NCBI GenBank assembly: GCA_964016885.1
Contig: OZ024740.1
Coordinates: forward strand, 183,272,001 to 183,336,000
Direction: 5' to 3'
DNA: 64,000 bases
Origin: Eledone cirrhosa
Lineage: Eukaryota
Below are positions 13,640 through 26,157 of this stretch, one piece after another. The number at the start of each line of letters is the position of its first letter. Position 1 is the first letter of the stretch. The notes below the pieces were generated by a model. That model had not been told where the DNA came from. It made no database searches and was given only the letters and a program-made list of their open reading frames with translations. The position numbers and the translations under genes were made by a program.

Positions 13640-13915
13640 CGTAGGGTAATTGCTGGCCTTGTGCCTAAAGTAGAAACAATTATTATATTATTAAGTATAT
13701 AGAGTTGGGTATTGGTAAAATACCAGACAACATGCTTTGCAGCATATAGATATGGCCCATTACATTCTGTGTTCAAATCCCATTGTGGTTACCTTTGCCT
13801 TTCACCCTTACAGGGTCGATAAAGTATAGTACCAGTAAAGCTCTGGGGTGGATTTAATCGACTTTCCCCTCCCACAAAATTGCTGGCCTTGTGCCTATAT
13901 AAGAAACCATTATTA
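13640..13915 (+). mobile_element. Meta-like tRNA SINE(s), tandem/composite
   Basis: GTTCAAATCCC B box, CTTTGCCTTTCACCCTTACAGGGTCGATAAAG...TACCAG core, and two TTGCTGGCCTTGTGCC 3' ends. Confidence 0.65.
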
Positions 13916-14261
13916 ACACCACTCTAATTATTAAGTATGTAGTGGTTATTACTGACTATTTAAGGAAGAATAATAACAATACCATGTAGTAACAGCAGAA
14001 TCTGAGGTAAGAATTTTAGTTCATGGTGAAGAAGTAAAATCTAATATTTCAGTAAGATCTCTTCACTTGATTGAGATAAAATGTTTACTGATGCTGAAAG
14101 CAAACCCATGCAAAGTTAGAGGCCCAGTCTCTATTACAGATGTAGAATGTAGGCCTCTAAATTTTGTATTTGACTATACCCAAATGTGAAATGAAGGCCT
14201 CATTTCAAACTGATTTCTGTATGGGTTATAAGTATGTATATGTACATGTAGTGAACATTCA

Positions 14262-14437
14262 TTATCAGTAGAGGGTCGGACGCCATGCTTTGACGCAAAG
14301 AGTTACGTCCCTTTACGATATGAATTCAAATCACGCGGAGGTTAACTTTGCCTTTCATCCTTACGGGGCCGATAAAGTAAAGTACCAGTAATGTACTGCG
14401 TAATTGCTGGCCTTGTGCCAAAAGTAGAAACAATTAT
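14262..14437 (+). mobile_element. Meta-like tRNA SINE
   Basis: GAATTCAAATCAC..GAGGTTAACTTTGCCTTTCATCCTTACGGGGCCGATAAAG..TACCAG..GCTGGCCTTGTGCCAAAAGTAGAAACAATTA; closely similar to 60616-60800 and 57078-57267. Confidence 0.75.
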
Positions 14438-14498
14438 GTATTTATAAGCAACAGAATGGTGTAAAAGAACTACAGATTAACAGGAGTATGTTCCTTCA

Positions 14499-14718
14499 GT
14501 GAAGCTGCATGGCTTAGTCATTAGAGACTTGGATTTGCAATCAAGCGGTTGCAAATCCAAATCCTGTATGATGATGCATTATGTTCTTAAGCAAGACACT
14601 ATTTCACATTGCTCTTTCTGCAAAGAGTTGCAACCAATAGATAGTATAAGCAATAGAAAGAGCAATGGAAACATTGTTTCCTTGGTCTGATTTGATGAGT
14701 TCCACCCTACTCAGTGAA
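14499..14718 (+). mobile_element. CORE-type tRNA SINE, degenerate
   Basis: TGGCTTAGT head and GTTCTTAAGCAAGACACTATTTCACATTGCT core. Confidence 0.55.
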
Positions 14719-15611
14719 ACATATATGTATATATATGTATATATATATATATATATGTGTGTGTGTATGTGTTCCTTCAAAATAACAGGCCCATATATAC
14801 TGGCTCACCTGCAACTTATTTATTCTGGGCTCGTTGAAGGATACATGAATCAAGAGTAGTGAGAGTGGTGATAAAATTATTATAGTAACAAAAATAATGC
14901 TAGAGGAAGAAGTGGTAGCAAGTGTTGGTGTGTGTTTATGAGCGTGTGTGAGTGTGTGTGGGCATGTGTATGTGTACACTTCTTCATTTTGTAAGAGCAG
15001 TTGGATTTTGCCTGGCTTAACATGCCCTGGAAGCAACTTTTGTCACTACAGCACCCCTGCAACTTCACCAGGAGTAATGGGACAATACCATTCGATGCTA
15101 AAGCACCATTTTCAATTATATTATTTATTACAGTGTGGCATTTATTTTATTGACCTCTATTTATTGATTGACATAAAGGGATCTAACTTGATATACATGT
15201 TTATAACAGTATACAGAGGAAAACACATATGCACAGATATTTCAAAATATGATGGGCTTCTGACCATTTTGTTGTCTATCAAATTCTATTCACAAGGCAT
15301 TGGTCAAGTAAAGCCTACATTAGAAAACACTAGAATTGAAACCAGAATATTGTATTTGCAAAGGGAATGTCATAAATATATAACTAAGCCTGTACTTAAG
15401 TGAAGAATTATTTGTAAAACTTTTGTATTTTAATTTTGTTAGATTATAAACAATGACAGTCTGCTACTTTGTAAAATTCTATTCATTATTAAACAGTAAA
15501 CACTATAATAGTTAAATTCTAATTATCTATTATTTATGTTTGACAAAATCATTCGTGTCCTAATCTATCTCCCACTAGTTTCATTATTGCTTTCTCTGAA
15601 TGTTTCTCCTT

Positions 15612-15630
15612 CACACACACACACATGTAT

Positions 15631-15693
<63 letters not shown>

Positions 15694-15861
15694 TATATAC
15701 GTATATGTCTATATATATATATATATATGTATATGTATATATATATATGTATATATATATATATGTATATGTATATATATATATATGTGTATATATATAT
15801 GTATATATATATATGTATATATATATATATGTATATGTATATATATATATATGTGTATATA

Positions 15862-15899
<38 letters not shown>

Positions 15900-15965
15900 T
15901 ATATACACATATATATATATATATATACATATACACATATATATATATATATATAGACATATACG

Positions 15966-16005
<40 letters not shown>

Positions 16006-16101
16006 TATATGTATATATACATATATATACACATATATATACATATATATACACATATATATATATACATATACACATATATATATATATAGACATATAC
16101 G

Positions 16102-16172
<71 letters not shown>
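15612..16172. repeat. (CA)n/(TA)n compound microsatellite
   Basis: Visible tract; continues at 19713-19826 on the other side of the LINE. Confidence 0.95.
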
Positions 16173-16177
<5 letters not shown>

Positions 16178-16613
16178 ATGTACGGATAGTGGCTGCAAAT
16201 TCACCCATTTACCTAGGACAAAACGGTCTATCCCCACAAACAGCCACCACCATAATACATACTCTAATTTAACTCCAACACAACCACCAATAACTCAAAC
16301 AAGGAATCCACAAATCTGCCGCTTTTCCCTGCGAGACAGATTGTGTTTAGACTGGGATTGTCCCTTTACCCATCTCCCGGGGACCCGTCGGACAAATGAA
16401 AATAAAATTAAAAATAAAAGCAAAAACAAAAACCATAACCTACATAAAAATAACCACTACCACAGTCACCAACAGTCTTCTAAACAGGAAACTTCTTCCT
16501 CTTTTTTAGCCATAATGAATCTGGCAAAAGAACTGGAAAAAAACATTCGAGCTATCACCCAGCACCACCCTCCACTATCACCCCACTGCACAAACTCCCA
16601 TTGCTGCAATTAA
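16173..16613 (+). pseudogene. LINE ORF1 C-terminal part with two CCCH-type zinc fingers
   Basis: Open frame from 16173: [18 protein letters not shown]...[27 protein letters not shown]. Confidence 0.7.
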
Positions 16614-19600
16614 CAAACAAACAAATTAACAACACACCAAAACAATTAAAACCATCCACTCTCGCCTCTACATTTTTGCTTAACGCCCAAGGCATCAGCC
16701 CTTCCACCAATACTCAAAAATGGAAGATCAAGTTCCTGGAGGACTGGATTGATGTCCATCCAAACCACATCCCTTTCTTCGTCCTCACTGAAACCCATCT
16801 CAGTAACCTCCACTTGGAAGCCGAGGTGAAAGTGAAAAATTTCAAAGCCATCCGTGCTGATCGCGCTGGCAGAAGAAAGGGCGGGACTGCCATTTATGTC
16901 CATAATTCTTTCTCAACAGAGGCTATGAACATATTCACTAATGGATACTGCGAAGCAGTCACTGTATTCAGTCAAACCAACAACCTAATAGTAGTTGGGC
17001 TCTATATGCCACCCCAAACGCCTGTACCATGCTTCAAGGAATGCCTCAACAGCATAAAGTGTTTCATCCAAGAGTGTCACCCTGACAACATCTTAATGAT
17101 GGGGGACTTCAACCTCCTCGAAGTTGACTGGTCCACAAACAGCCTGCCACCAGGTTCTTCTGCCTCAACCTCTGACAGGGAAGCAGTGGAATCGCTTCTT
17201 GACTTCATGGATGATTTCTTCCTATCCCAACTGGTGCTCAAACCAACGAGGTGCCACAAAAACATCCTAGACTTAATTTTCAGCAATCACACTGACAATA
17301 TCCACAATATTGCAGTGGAGAAAACTCTACTCTCTGATCATGACATGGTTCTCTGTGATCTGAGATTCCACCGTCCAATATACAAACCCAATGTCATCTC
17401 TCCTGTCCATCCGTTTGACGCTATGGATTTCCACAATGCAAACTGGGAAGCGATCAGTCATGATCTTGCACATGTCGACTGATCCTTCACGCACACTCAT
17501 ACACCCACTAACATCAAAAAGTCCTGGCAGACATTTGTGGACACTGTTACAAACATATGTGCAAAACACACCCCATTAAGAACTATAAACAAATCTAAGA
17601 GCAGAATCCCTAGAAATAGAAAAACGCTCATCAGAAAAATTAAGAGAACGAACAAAAAAATCAACAAGCTGAAATACCGTCAGCAGCAACACATCAACTT
17701 GACTGCCATTTCATCACTAGAGATTAAAAAACATAACCTCCAAAACAACATAATGTCTCTCATCATCAACAATCAGAGAAGAGCTGAAGAGGCCTGGGCA
17801 ATTGAGAAGATCAAACTCAATCCCAAAGTGTCCTTTTCATTTGCAAAAAAACACAAAATCACTGGCTCTACTGTTGGCCCTCTAATTTATGAAAATGGCA
17901 CTCTTCAAGACAATACTAAAACCATGGGTGAGATACTGCAGAAACAATACTGCTCTGTTTTCAGCAATCCTGATATGGCCGATCTGGGCTGTATTGGCGA
18001 TGTTACTCCCCATTACACCTTATCGGACATAACGTTTGGCGCCCCTGATGTCTTAGCGGCAATAAAGGAAATCAAGCATAATTCAGCAGTAGGTCCCGAT
18101 AGGTTCCCTGCTTGTGTCTTGAAGGCGTGTCAACACCAACTTGCATCTCCTCTTGCCAATCTGTGGCGGAACTCACTGGATGCTGGATATGTGCCAGAAA
18201 ACCTTCTATCCCAGTCTGTTGTCCCAGTTTTCAAAAAAGGAAACAAATCCCTTGCCGTGAATTACCGTCCAATCTCACTCACCTCTCATATCATTAAGGT
18301 ATTTGAGAGAGTGGTGAGATCGCGAATGACCCACTTCCTTGAGAGTAACAATATGCTGAACTCCAACCAGCATGGATTCCGTAATGGAAGGGATTGCCTG
18401 ACGCAGCTACTGCATCACTTTGATGACATTTTGAGAGCCTTGGGAGAGGGTTCCAACACTGATGTTATCTACCTTGATTTCAGCAAGCCCTTTGACAGGG
18501 TTGATCATAACATTCTACTGAGAAAACTGTCCAATATTGGTGTCACTGGAAAGCTGCTGCAGTGGATCAAGAGCTTCCTGTCAAACAGAACCCAACATGT
18601 TGTAGTTGAAGGAGTCAAATCCAGCCCGGCCAAAGTCAGTAGTGGGGTCCCACAAGGCACTGTGTTGGGCCCACTTCTCTTCATCATCTATATTAATGAC
18701 ATCACTGACATCATCAAACACAGCAACATTAAAATTTTCGCTGATGATTCCAAGCTCCAAAAGGTCATCAATGGCGTGGATGACCGGATAAGCCTTCAGT
18801 CAGACCTACTGGCTGTTACCCAATGGGCGGAAAAGAACAACATGTTACTGAACGAAGACAAATTCGAACTGATCCACTTTGGAAAAGAGGATGCTCTGAA
18901 ACTCCCGTACTCCCTTCCCTCCGGGGAAACTCTCGTGGCATCTAACAACATCAGAGACTTGGGAGTAACCGTGGACAGCAACATAAGCTGGGCCACGCAT
19001 ATAAGCAGCAAAGTTGACATGGCCCGCAGAATGTGTTCCTGGATCCTCAGAACCTTCCAGTCAAGAGATTCCCACACCATTATCCTTCTCTTCTGTAATT
19101 TTGCCCGACCACACCTTGAATAGTGTTGTCCACTGTGGTCTCCCCACACGAAACAAAGTATCATGAAACTTGAAGCTCCTCAAAGGGCAATCACGAAAAA
19201 GATAGATGGCATGTCAGACCTTGACTACTGGGGTCGACTAGAAAAGCTGAAACTTTACTCACTCCAACGTCGCCGTGAGCGTTATATTATCTGCATGATG
19301 TGGAAAATGTTCCATCATCACTGCCCAAATGATGTTGGCATCGCCTTCAAGATACACCCAAGGCTTGGGCCCCGTGCTATCCGTCCCATACAAAAATCTA
19401 AATCGCAACTCATAACAACAATACGGCACAATTATTTCACCTCAATTGGCCCTGCTCTCTTCAACATCACACCAGGACACGTCAAAACAGAAACTGACCA
19501 CACAAAATTCAAGAAGTCTTTGGACAAATTCCTCCAAGTAATCCCGGACAAACCACCCACACCCGGATATGTCTCCGCAAACAGTAATTCTCTTCTCGAA

Positions 19601-19630
19601 TGGGCCATGGGTGCCCAAATCCTGAATTGA
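16601..19630 (+). pseudogene. LINE ORF2: APE endonuclease plus reverse transcriptase, with two in-frame nonsense codons
   Basis: APE motifs (NAQG, LTETHL, GDFN, ILDLIF, SDH) and RT motifs (YRPISLTS, QHGF, YLDFSK, SGVPQG, FADD, RDLG). The three track ORFs are in one frame, separated by TGA 17480-17482 and TAG 19121-19123. Confidence 0.92.
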
Positions 19631-19788
19631 AAGACTTCGCCAGGTGGTGCTATTAAGTTAGACATGGCCTGGGCCAATACTGGCCAAAACATTTCAAAGT
19701 TATTCAAAGTTATATATATATATATGTATATATACGTATATGTCTATATATAAATATATGTGTATATATATATATATATGTGTATATA

Positions 19789-19829
<41 letters not shown>

Positions 19830-19917
19830 TTATACACAAAATGTAATAGAAACAACAAAGAACATAACACAATGAAGAAAAAATATTAGTTTAACATTTG
19901 ATATAGTAGGAAAAATG

Positions 19918-19953
19918 TCTTTGCGGTTCAGACACTAGTCCTTCGTCAGAAGA
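19918..19953 (-). ncRNA. Degenerate minimal type-I hammerhead ribozyme motif
   Basis: Minus strand TCTT-CTGACGA-A-GGAC-TAGT-GTCT-GAAC-CG-CA-AAGA; helices I and II pair, but there are two core substitutions (GAAA>GAAC, UA>CA). Confidence 0.5.
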
Positions 19954-20126
19954 TGGATTGAGAAATAAAAGTTGAAATAGAAAAATAGAAAATGAGAAGA
20001 AAAAGGAACAGAAAGAAATATTCATTCAGTCATTTGGGGAAAACAAAGACTGCTAGTGTGGAAAAGCAGATGTAATAACACACACACACACACACACACA
20101 TGCACACATATATATATGTGTATACA

Positions 20127-20157
<31 letters not shown>

Positions 20158-21075
20158 ATAGATATATAACACATGCTAGCATGGAAACATGGACGTTAAA
20201 CATGATGATGATGATGATGATGATACATTTATATATATATATAGAGAGAGAGAGAGATTTATAAAAACAGATAACAGTAGTGACTTTCCATAATGCATGT
20301 GCAATGATATATGAAACAAAATTGAAACCAGGGTCAAATTCAGACGATAGATTATGTGCAGATGCAAACTGACATCGTTTTCCACTGTTTACTTTTAGTC
20401 AATGTTGCTTACTTGGAGAAGTGTCCGTCTATCTTTATGTATTCTTACCCTTATAGTACTATAAGTGGAAAAAAACATACGTACTTACATACATAATATA
20501 CATACATGTATATATACATACAATAATCCATCCATCCATCCATCCATCCATACATACATGTGTGAGTATATCCTCTATATAGTTGTTAAATCTCTTTGAA
20601 ATAGCAGCCAAGTCACACTCTATTGCCTTAAAGACGCACTGAATAATGTAAGGCTTAATACACCATTAAAGAACAGGGGGGTCATGGTCAGAATATCTCT
20701 GATCAAAGACATTTACTTTCCATGCAAATGAAAATGAAATGAATTCCAAATATGACTCGATATACTAGAAACATCAGCTGAATATATAAACATACATACA
20801 TACAACTATTATACATAGTTTATTCCTTCCCCACTCTTATGCTCTGTTGTTCATGCACCACTATTATTACACATCCATTGAGGCAAGCTTGGTTCAATTT
20901 TTCTAGCCTTTACAGATCTCCTGTAGTAAATACCTGTGATCGCTATCAAGTAGCATTGCTGTTCATGTGCAGGCATCATACAATCTATACTATTCAAAGC
21001 CATATCTCATTTGAAAAGATTTTAAGAGAAGAAATAAGTTTTCTTTTATGAAAAAGTATAATTTTCCATTAATAC

Positions 21076-21138
<63 letters not shown>

Positions 21139-22439
21139 CTGAAGTAGATACTATTTGATTTTAGTAAATTAGATTAATTGCTACTATCATTGAGTGCTGT
21201 TCTTTTCCTTAAATTGCAGCCTTGTTATGGTTTTGGTGTCGCTTTCCCTTCAGTAGTCTGAAGGTAATTCAATATGTGGAGAAATAATTGCTTTAAAATA
21301 TATTTAGCAAATCATTATAATTATAGTACCGTATTTGTGCATCTCCATCATGAACATTACTCTTTTTATATATATCATGTGTTCTTTTATTTTTCCTATT
21401 CAGATATAAATAGGGTTATACTAGCCAAATAGCCACTATCCATATTTGCCTATCTTTAAATTAATCTATCCTCATTCTTTGCTCTACCGCTTCAACAGCT
21501 AACATCAAACACTACTTATTAACACTTTACCACCTATATACATATATTATCCAGTCTCATCACTTGTTCATTTACATGGGTTTGCATCTCTTAACACCAT
21601 TGACTAATATCAATGATTTCGATATCTGGCTACTTCCATAATATGTGACACAAGTCACATAATCATGGAATCTATACACAGTTGCTTGTCTTGCTAGAAA
21701 TAGCAGCCAAATCTCTCTGAAACCACACCCTGCCATTTAAAATTTTACAAAATATTAGTGCATATAGGGCAATGTAGTTCTAATATAAAAATCTGTATTC
21801 AGACCTGAGGAGGAGATGTGCTCCACCAGGATTTAAAAAAAATGTCCTAGAAACACTGTATTTCAATACAGTGCCTCGACAACTTCTTCAGGAATTATGG
21901 GGTCACACATACATTGAAAGTCAATCACTTGTTTACTGCAATAAAGTTTTGTATTTTAATATTCAGTTTAGATAATTCATGTAGTTTACCACGAGGAAAT
22001 GTATATGAATGTCTAGAATCATATGTGTATATATGGATGATTGTGTATGTAATGGTTTGCTGCATATTGGTTATACTCCTACATAGTCAAACTTTTCTAT
22101 CTTCCCTTTTTAATGTGTCATTGTAATTGTATAACTAGTTGCACTGTTTGATGTATTGAGCATGTCTACTTAACATTACAACATACTCTACACCTTTTTC
22201 ATCTTTCCTCTTTGGATTTTCTTCCCTATTTCACTGCTGAGAATGTGATCATCTTTCTCCCCAATAAATATATCCCTTAATTTTTCGTTCTTACAATCTT
22301 TCCAGCTTTATATTGATGGATGACATTTTTTCACTGACTAAAAGCATCATGTGATTTTGTTGGATTCTGAATTTAATCTCTTTTGTGTGTGTGTGTATGC
22401 AGGTTTAGCTGGCCTCCTCCAAGGTATATCTCGTTGGAG

Positions 22440-22626
22440 GTGTCTTGGGCAATTTAATGATAGGGAACCCAGTCCTATCATCTCATTTCTACAGCTGAGT
22501 AAACTGGAACAACGTGAAATAAAGTGTCTTTCTCAAGGAAACAACACATCAACCGGTCCGAGAATTGAACTCACAACCTTTTGATTGCAAGCCCAATGCT
22601 CTAACCACTAAGCAATGCACCTTCAC
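22440..22626 (-). mobile_element. CORE-type tRNA SINE
   Basis: Reverse complement shows CTTAGTGGTTAGAGC (A box), GAGTTCAATTCTC (B box) and the CORE-like TTTCACGTTGTTCCAGTTTACTCAGCTG. Confidence 0.7.
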
Positions 22627-23869
22627 TTAATCTCTTTTAATACATAGTAGTATAGTTAATATACAGCATTGTAAGATATGTAATAAAGACTGATAAGTTT
22701 CAGAAAGCCAGTACAATGTGGTTGAAATATATAATGGGCAAAGGAGGACAAGTAAAACAAAACAATGTAATGTTGAAATCAACTGGGTAAAACATTCATT
22801 TGTTTTGTTTTATTTGTCATACTTTTCCCTTTATATATATTTACTATCTTGTACTATCCCTCTGAAAATTATCACTCCTTGAGTATATTTTAAACTCTCA
22901 TAATGATGTAAAATTTTGTTGCTGATTTTAGAATGTTTTATCTAGAGTCCTTGGGTAAATATTTGGTAGTTAAGAGCACCTGTTGTTATAATATTAGCAG
23001 CTCAGCAAACTGGGTGTTAAAACTACCTTATAAACAGAACTACTGTTAAAAACTTCTGTAAACATTTTACAACTTCACTGCTATCCGATCTCCACATTTC
23101 CATGATATAACTTTATATTCAGAATACAGAGAATAAACAGCCAGGGCTGCATTAAACATTAAGCAAAATAAGTATATAATTAAGCAATCAAAGGAAAACG
23201 CACACCATTTTATTTCAATTAATTATATTTGTCATTCCCCAAAACATTTATTTTGCAGAATATATATATGGAGGGAAGGGGTACCATGTCTTTTATGTTA
23301 TTAGGGCCTCAAATGAACTTAATCTATCCTTGACAACAATCCATATTGAACCCATATCTAGATGTTTTGCACTTTGAGATGATGCTATATTAAAACCATA
23401 CTGATTTTGCACAAAATACATCAAGTTATTATTATTTTTTTTGTATTTCATTATGTGTCTTTTGCAGTTCATTTAGAACAACACAGTTCCTAAATTATGG
23501 ATGGACATATAAAGCTTCTTTCAAATAAGCTGGAAAGGACTTCCAAGGAAAAACAGACAGATATGTAAAAACTTGAATATAGTCGTGTTATAATGTCTTT
23601 GTACATTTGCCTACGGGTTACGTGTCCGTTTCGCTTTATGCTCCGGTGCACTCTTCTTCCTTCTGCTACGTTTATGTATAGGATGATCTTGGTTGGAAGG
23701 CGTTGATTGTAGACCGTCGCCTTTGTTGAATTTATAGTAGGAGAATAATTCAAGTAGAGTACAGTGGTCACTGTCACCGGGATCGTGATCTTATTGTGTG
23801 GTAAGCTACCTATACTATTTTTGCTGTAGTATATTTCACCAATTTAGCAGAGAAGTATATTTTAGAAGT

Positions 23870-24286
23870 TGTAATGTCGCCACGGGGAACCAGGTTTGGT
23901 AGAAAGATATGATAGGAATATCGACAACGACTTTAGCTTGGTTTTACATTATTTATTAACAGAGGTTGAGCTGGCATGCCAAGAGAAATAAAACAAATCA
24001 ATTAAGATTACAAGAGAAAATACGGTCGACTGGCTGAGGCGTTTAGCCAATTCCGTAGTAAAATTGTTATGTCGTTACATATTGTTTGTGCTGGCGGAGC
24101 AAAAGAACAAGTGGTGTTTACCTTAGCACGGTCTAGCTGGAAGTGATAGCGTCCTCAAATCTTTGCGGGCTATCTCTCCCTCAGAACGCGTAGGGATAAA
24201 TCCTCTTCTACTGGCGCTGATTGGCTGAGCTGAGCCAAATCACGCACAGAGAATGTATGTGAGCCCGCGGAATGTAGGTCACTACA
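23870..24286 (-). mobile_element. Possible solo LTR nested next to/in the Penelope-like element
   Basis: TGTA...TACA termini, ~420 bp, GC-richer than the flanks, AATAAA on the minus strand near 23953; no TSD found. Confidence 0.3.
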
Positions 24287-24289
24287 CTA

Positions 24290-25212
24290 TCACCAGTTTA
24301 ATTAGCACTGTGGCAGTATTCCTTAGTGCGATTTACTATACTATTACATCCGACTCCTTCGAAGCCCCCGCATGATAGGTTATAGGTATGGCTTACTATA
24401 ACGTTAGTCTTATGAGGGGGATGGTTTCTGGAGCTAGCATTAGGGATGTAGCAGATCCTCAGTTAAAATCGGCGCTTATCAAGGCCCTATTGTAGTAATC
24501 GGCCGCTTGGTTGAAGATATCCTCATTGGCGGAGAGCCTCGAGATCCTATGTGAGATGCTATAGACTATGGAGTTGAGAGTCTGCTTAGGGTGGTTGGAG
24601 GCATAATTAATATAAGAAAGGCTCTCTCCAGGCTTATGGTATGACTCGTATAGACCCGTACTCAACTCCAGGGTCACGTCCAGGAAGTTGACAACCTGGT
24701 GGTTGAAGTCTATAGTTACGGATAGGCCGTATAACTTGAAGAACCTGTGTATGTGCTTGTTAAGTTTCTCTATTCTACGAGGGCTATGGCTCCTAACCGT
24801 AAACAGGGCGTCATCCATATATACACCACCTTGTATGGCCGGTATCTCGTCCCTAAGCTTATGGAGGAGGTATATTCCGACCAGGTCGGTTGCTTGCGCC
24901 GAGAGGCTGGACCCCATCATGATATCGAAGTTATCAGGGCGGTTGGTTCTGGTCCAATGGGATCCTTCGAACTGGATAATGGTTCTACGCGCCGCTAGAA
25001 CTATGTCTATTTCTTTTTTAGTGAGGCTAGTGTTAGATTTAGCTAATATGAGGGCCTTATTTAAGAATATGGAGGATATAGAGGCGTAGTAACTATCTGT
25101 GTCAAACTGGATGAACTTCAGGGTGGCCTTATCAGGCAACTCGGTGAACCAATCTATGACCTGGTCGGTGTTGCCCCAGAGGCAGACCTTAACCTTTCTA
25201 TTAAGCAGTGGG
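24290..25212 (-). pseudogene. Penelope-like element RT (Hydra-type), inverted segment
   Basis: WGNTDQVIDWF..FIQFD..YYASI..FDIMMGS..GVYMDD..FLDVTL..YHKP..YINYASNHP match PLE RT motifs. Confidence 0.85.
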
Positions 25213-25720
25213 TTATAATGGTGCTAATGACAGGTGTGGGAGCGTAGGAAACAACGTAGATAGCAATAATAATAGCCTTACCGTGGGAACTAAAAGGGAC
25301 CGCGACCGAAATTGCAACTGCTGCGACAGGGGACGCTGCCCCTTAGAGGGAACTGCTTGACTGATAGGGTTATATATAGGTGCATCGTAACTAGCTATAA
25401 TAGCGTTAAACATTATATAGGGGTTACCTCTGGCCCGGTCAACATTAGATTTCGAACACACCTCCACTCTTTCGCAAACAAGAAACTAGGACACTCCACT
25501 TAGCTCGCGAACTACATCACAGCATTAAAAGACTCAAACATCAGCTTATCCACGCACTGGGAAATTGTCGGCAGGGCTGCACCGTACAACTTCAAGAGTG
25601 AGTGCGAACTTTGCCTCATGGAGGGAGCTCTATCACATCTTAACGGCACCCCACGAACTCATCGACAGCAGAGCTGAAACGAGGATAAGCTGTGCACACC
25701 GCTTAAAAATATCCTACTCC
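25213..25720 (+). pseudogene. Penelope-like element GIY-YIG endonuclease, frameshifted
   Basis: CNC..CPL.GNCL..VIYRC..HYIGVT..RFRTH..SF..T*LA..W.I..Y..CELCLME..CAHR.KY, the C-terminal PLE endonuclease pattern. Confidence 0.85.
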
Positions 25721-26117
25721 AGATGGAATAACAACGAGGAGTGAACCCGTAAACCGGGTCTCCCTGCACCAAGCTTTAACACCCTGGTGGGCAGGCGCTG
25801 TAAAAAGCAACCGGAAACTAACCATGCATCCCAGACCCGGCATGAATCGACCCAGGTGGCAGGCGCTGCAAACAAACGTCTCGAAACAAACGTTGCATAC
25901 CTGACTCTGTGCGTATCGACAATTGTAAGGTAGTAGCCACATACTGGTAACGGATAAAAAAATTTCCGGAAAAGACTGCCCTAACACTTGCCAGAGTTAT
26001 CTCTCTTGACCTACTGCAAAATCTTTACATGTATTTTTACGAAGAATGAACTCTGACGTGAACTTATCTCTAAAAACCCATTCCGAGTCATGTAAGAAAC
26101 AGCTTTTAGTTATTTAT

Positions 26118-26157
26118 GCCCTTGAGAAGCCCATCCGGGCGAAACGTACGTAGGTGC
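26118..26157 (+). ncRNA. Minimal type-I hammerhead ribozyme (U3-A8 variant) in the PLE 3' region
   Basis: GCCC-TTGAGAA-GCCC-ATCC-GGGC-GAAA-CGTACG-TA-GGTGC: perfect 4-bp helix II, palindromic helix III, GUA cleavage triplet, short bulged helix I. Confidence 0.75.

Larger units (their letters stand above)
16173..19712 (+). mobile_element. CR1/L2-group LINE (Crack/Daphne-like), 5'-truncated, inserted in (TA)n
   Basis: ORF1 tail plus APE-RT ORF2; short 3' UTR with a GGCCA-ATAC-TGGCC stem-loop and a (TTCAAAGTTA)2 tail; TA tracts on both sides. The clade assignment within the group is tentative. Confidence 0.9.

Noticed and set aside
17480-17482. In-frame TGA as selenocysteine or readthrough (also 24459)
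   Set aside because: 17480 fits a TGG>TGA change at a DW position in a copy that also has a TAG; the PLE is otherwise decayed and no SECIS was recognised.
21800-21905. Possible hammerhead CTGAGGA...GACA with two internal hairpins
   Set aside because: The GAAA core is broken and helices I and III are unconvincing; at most a fossil.
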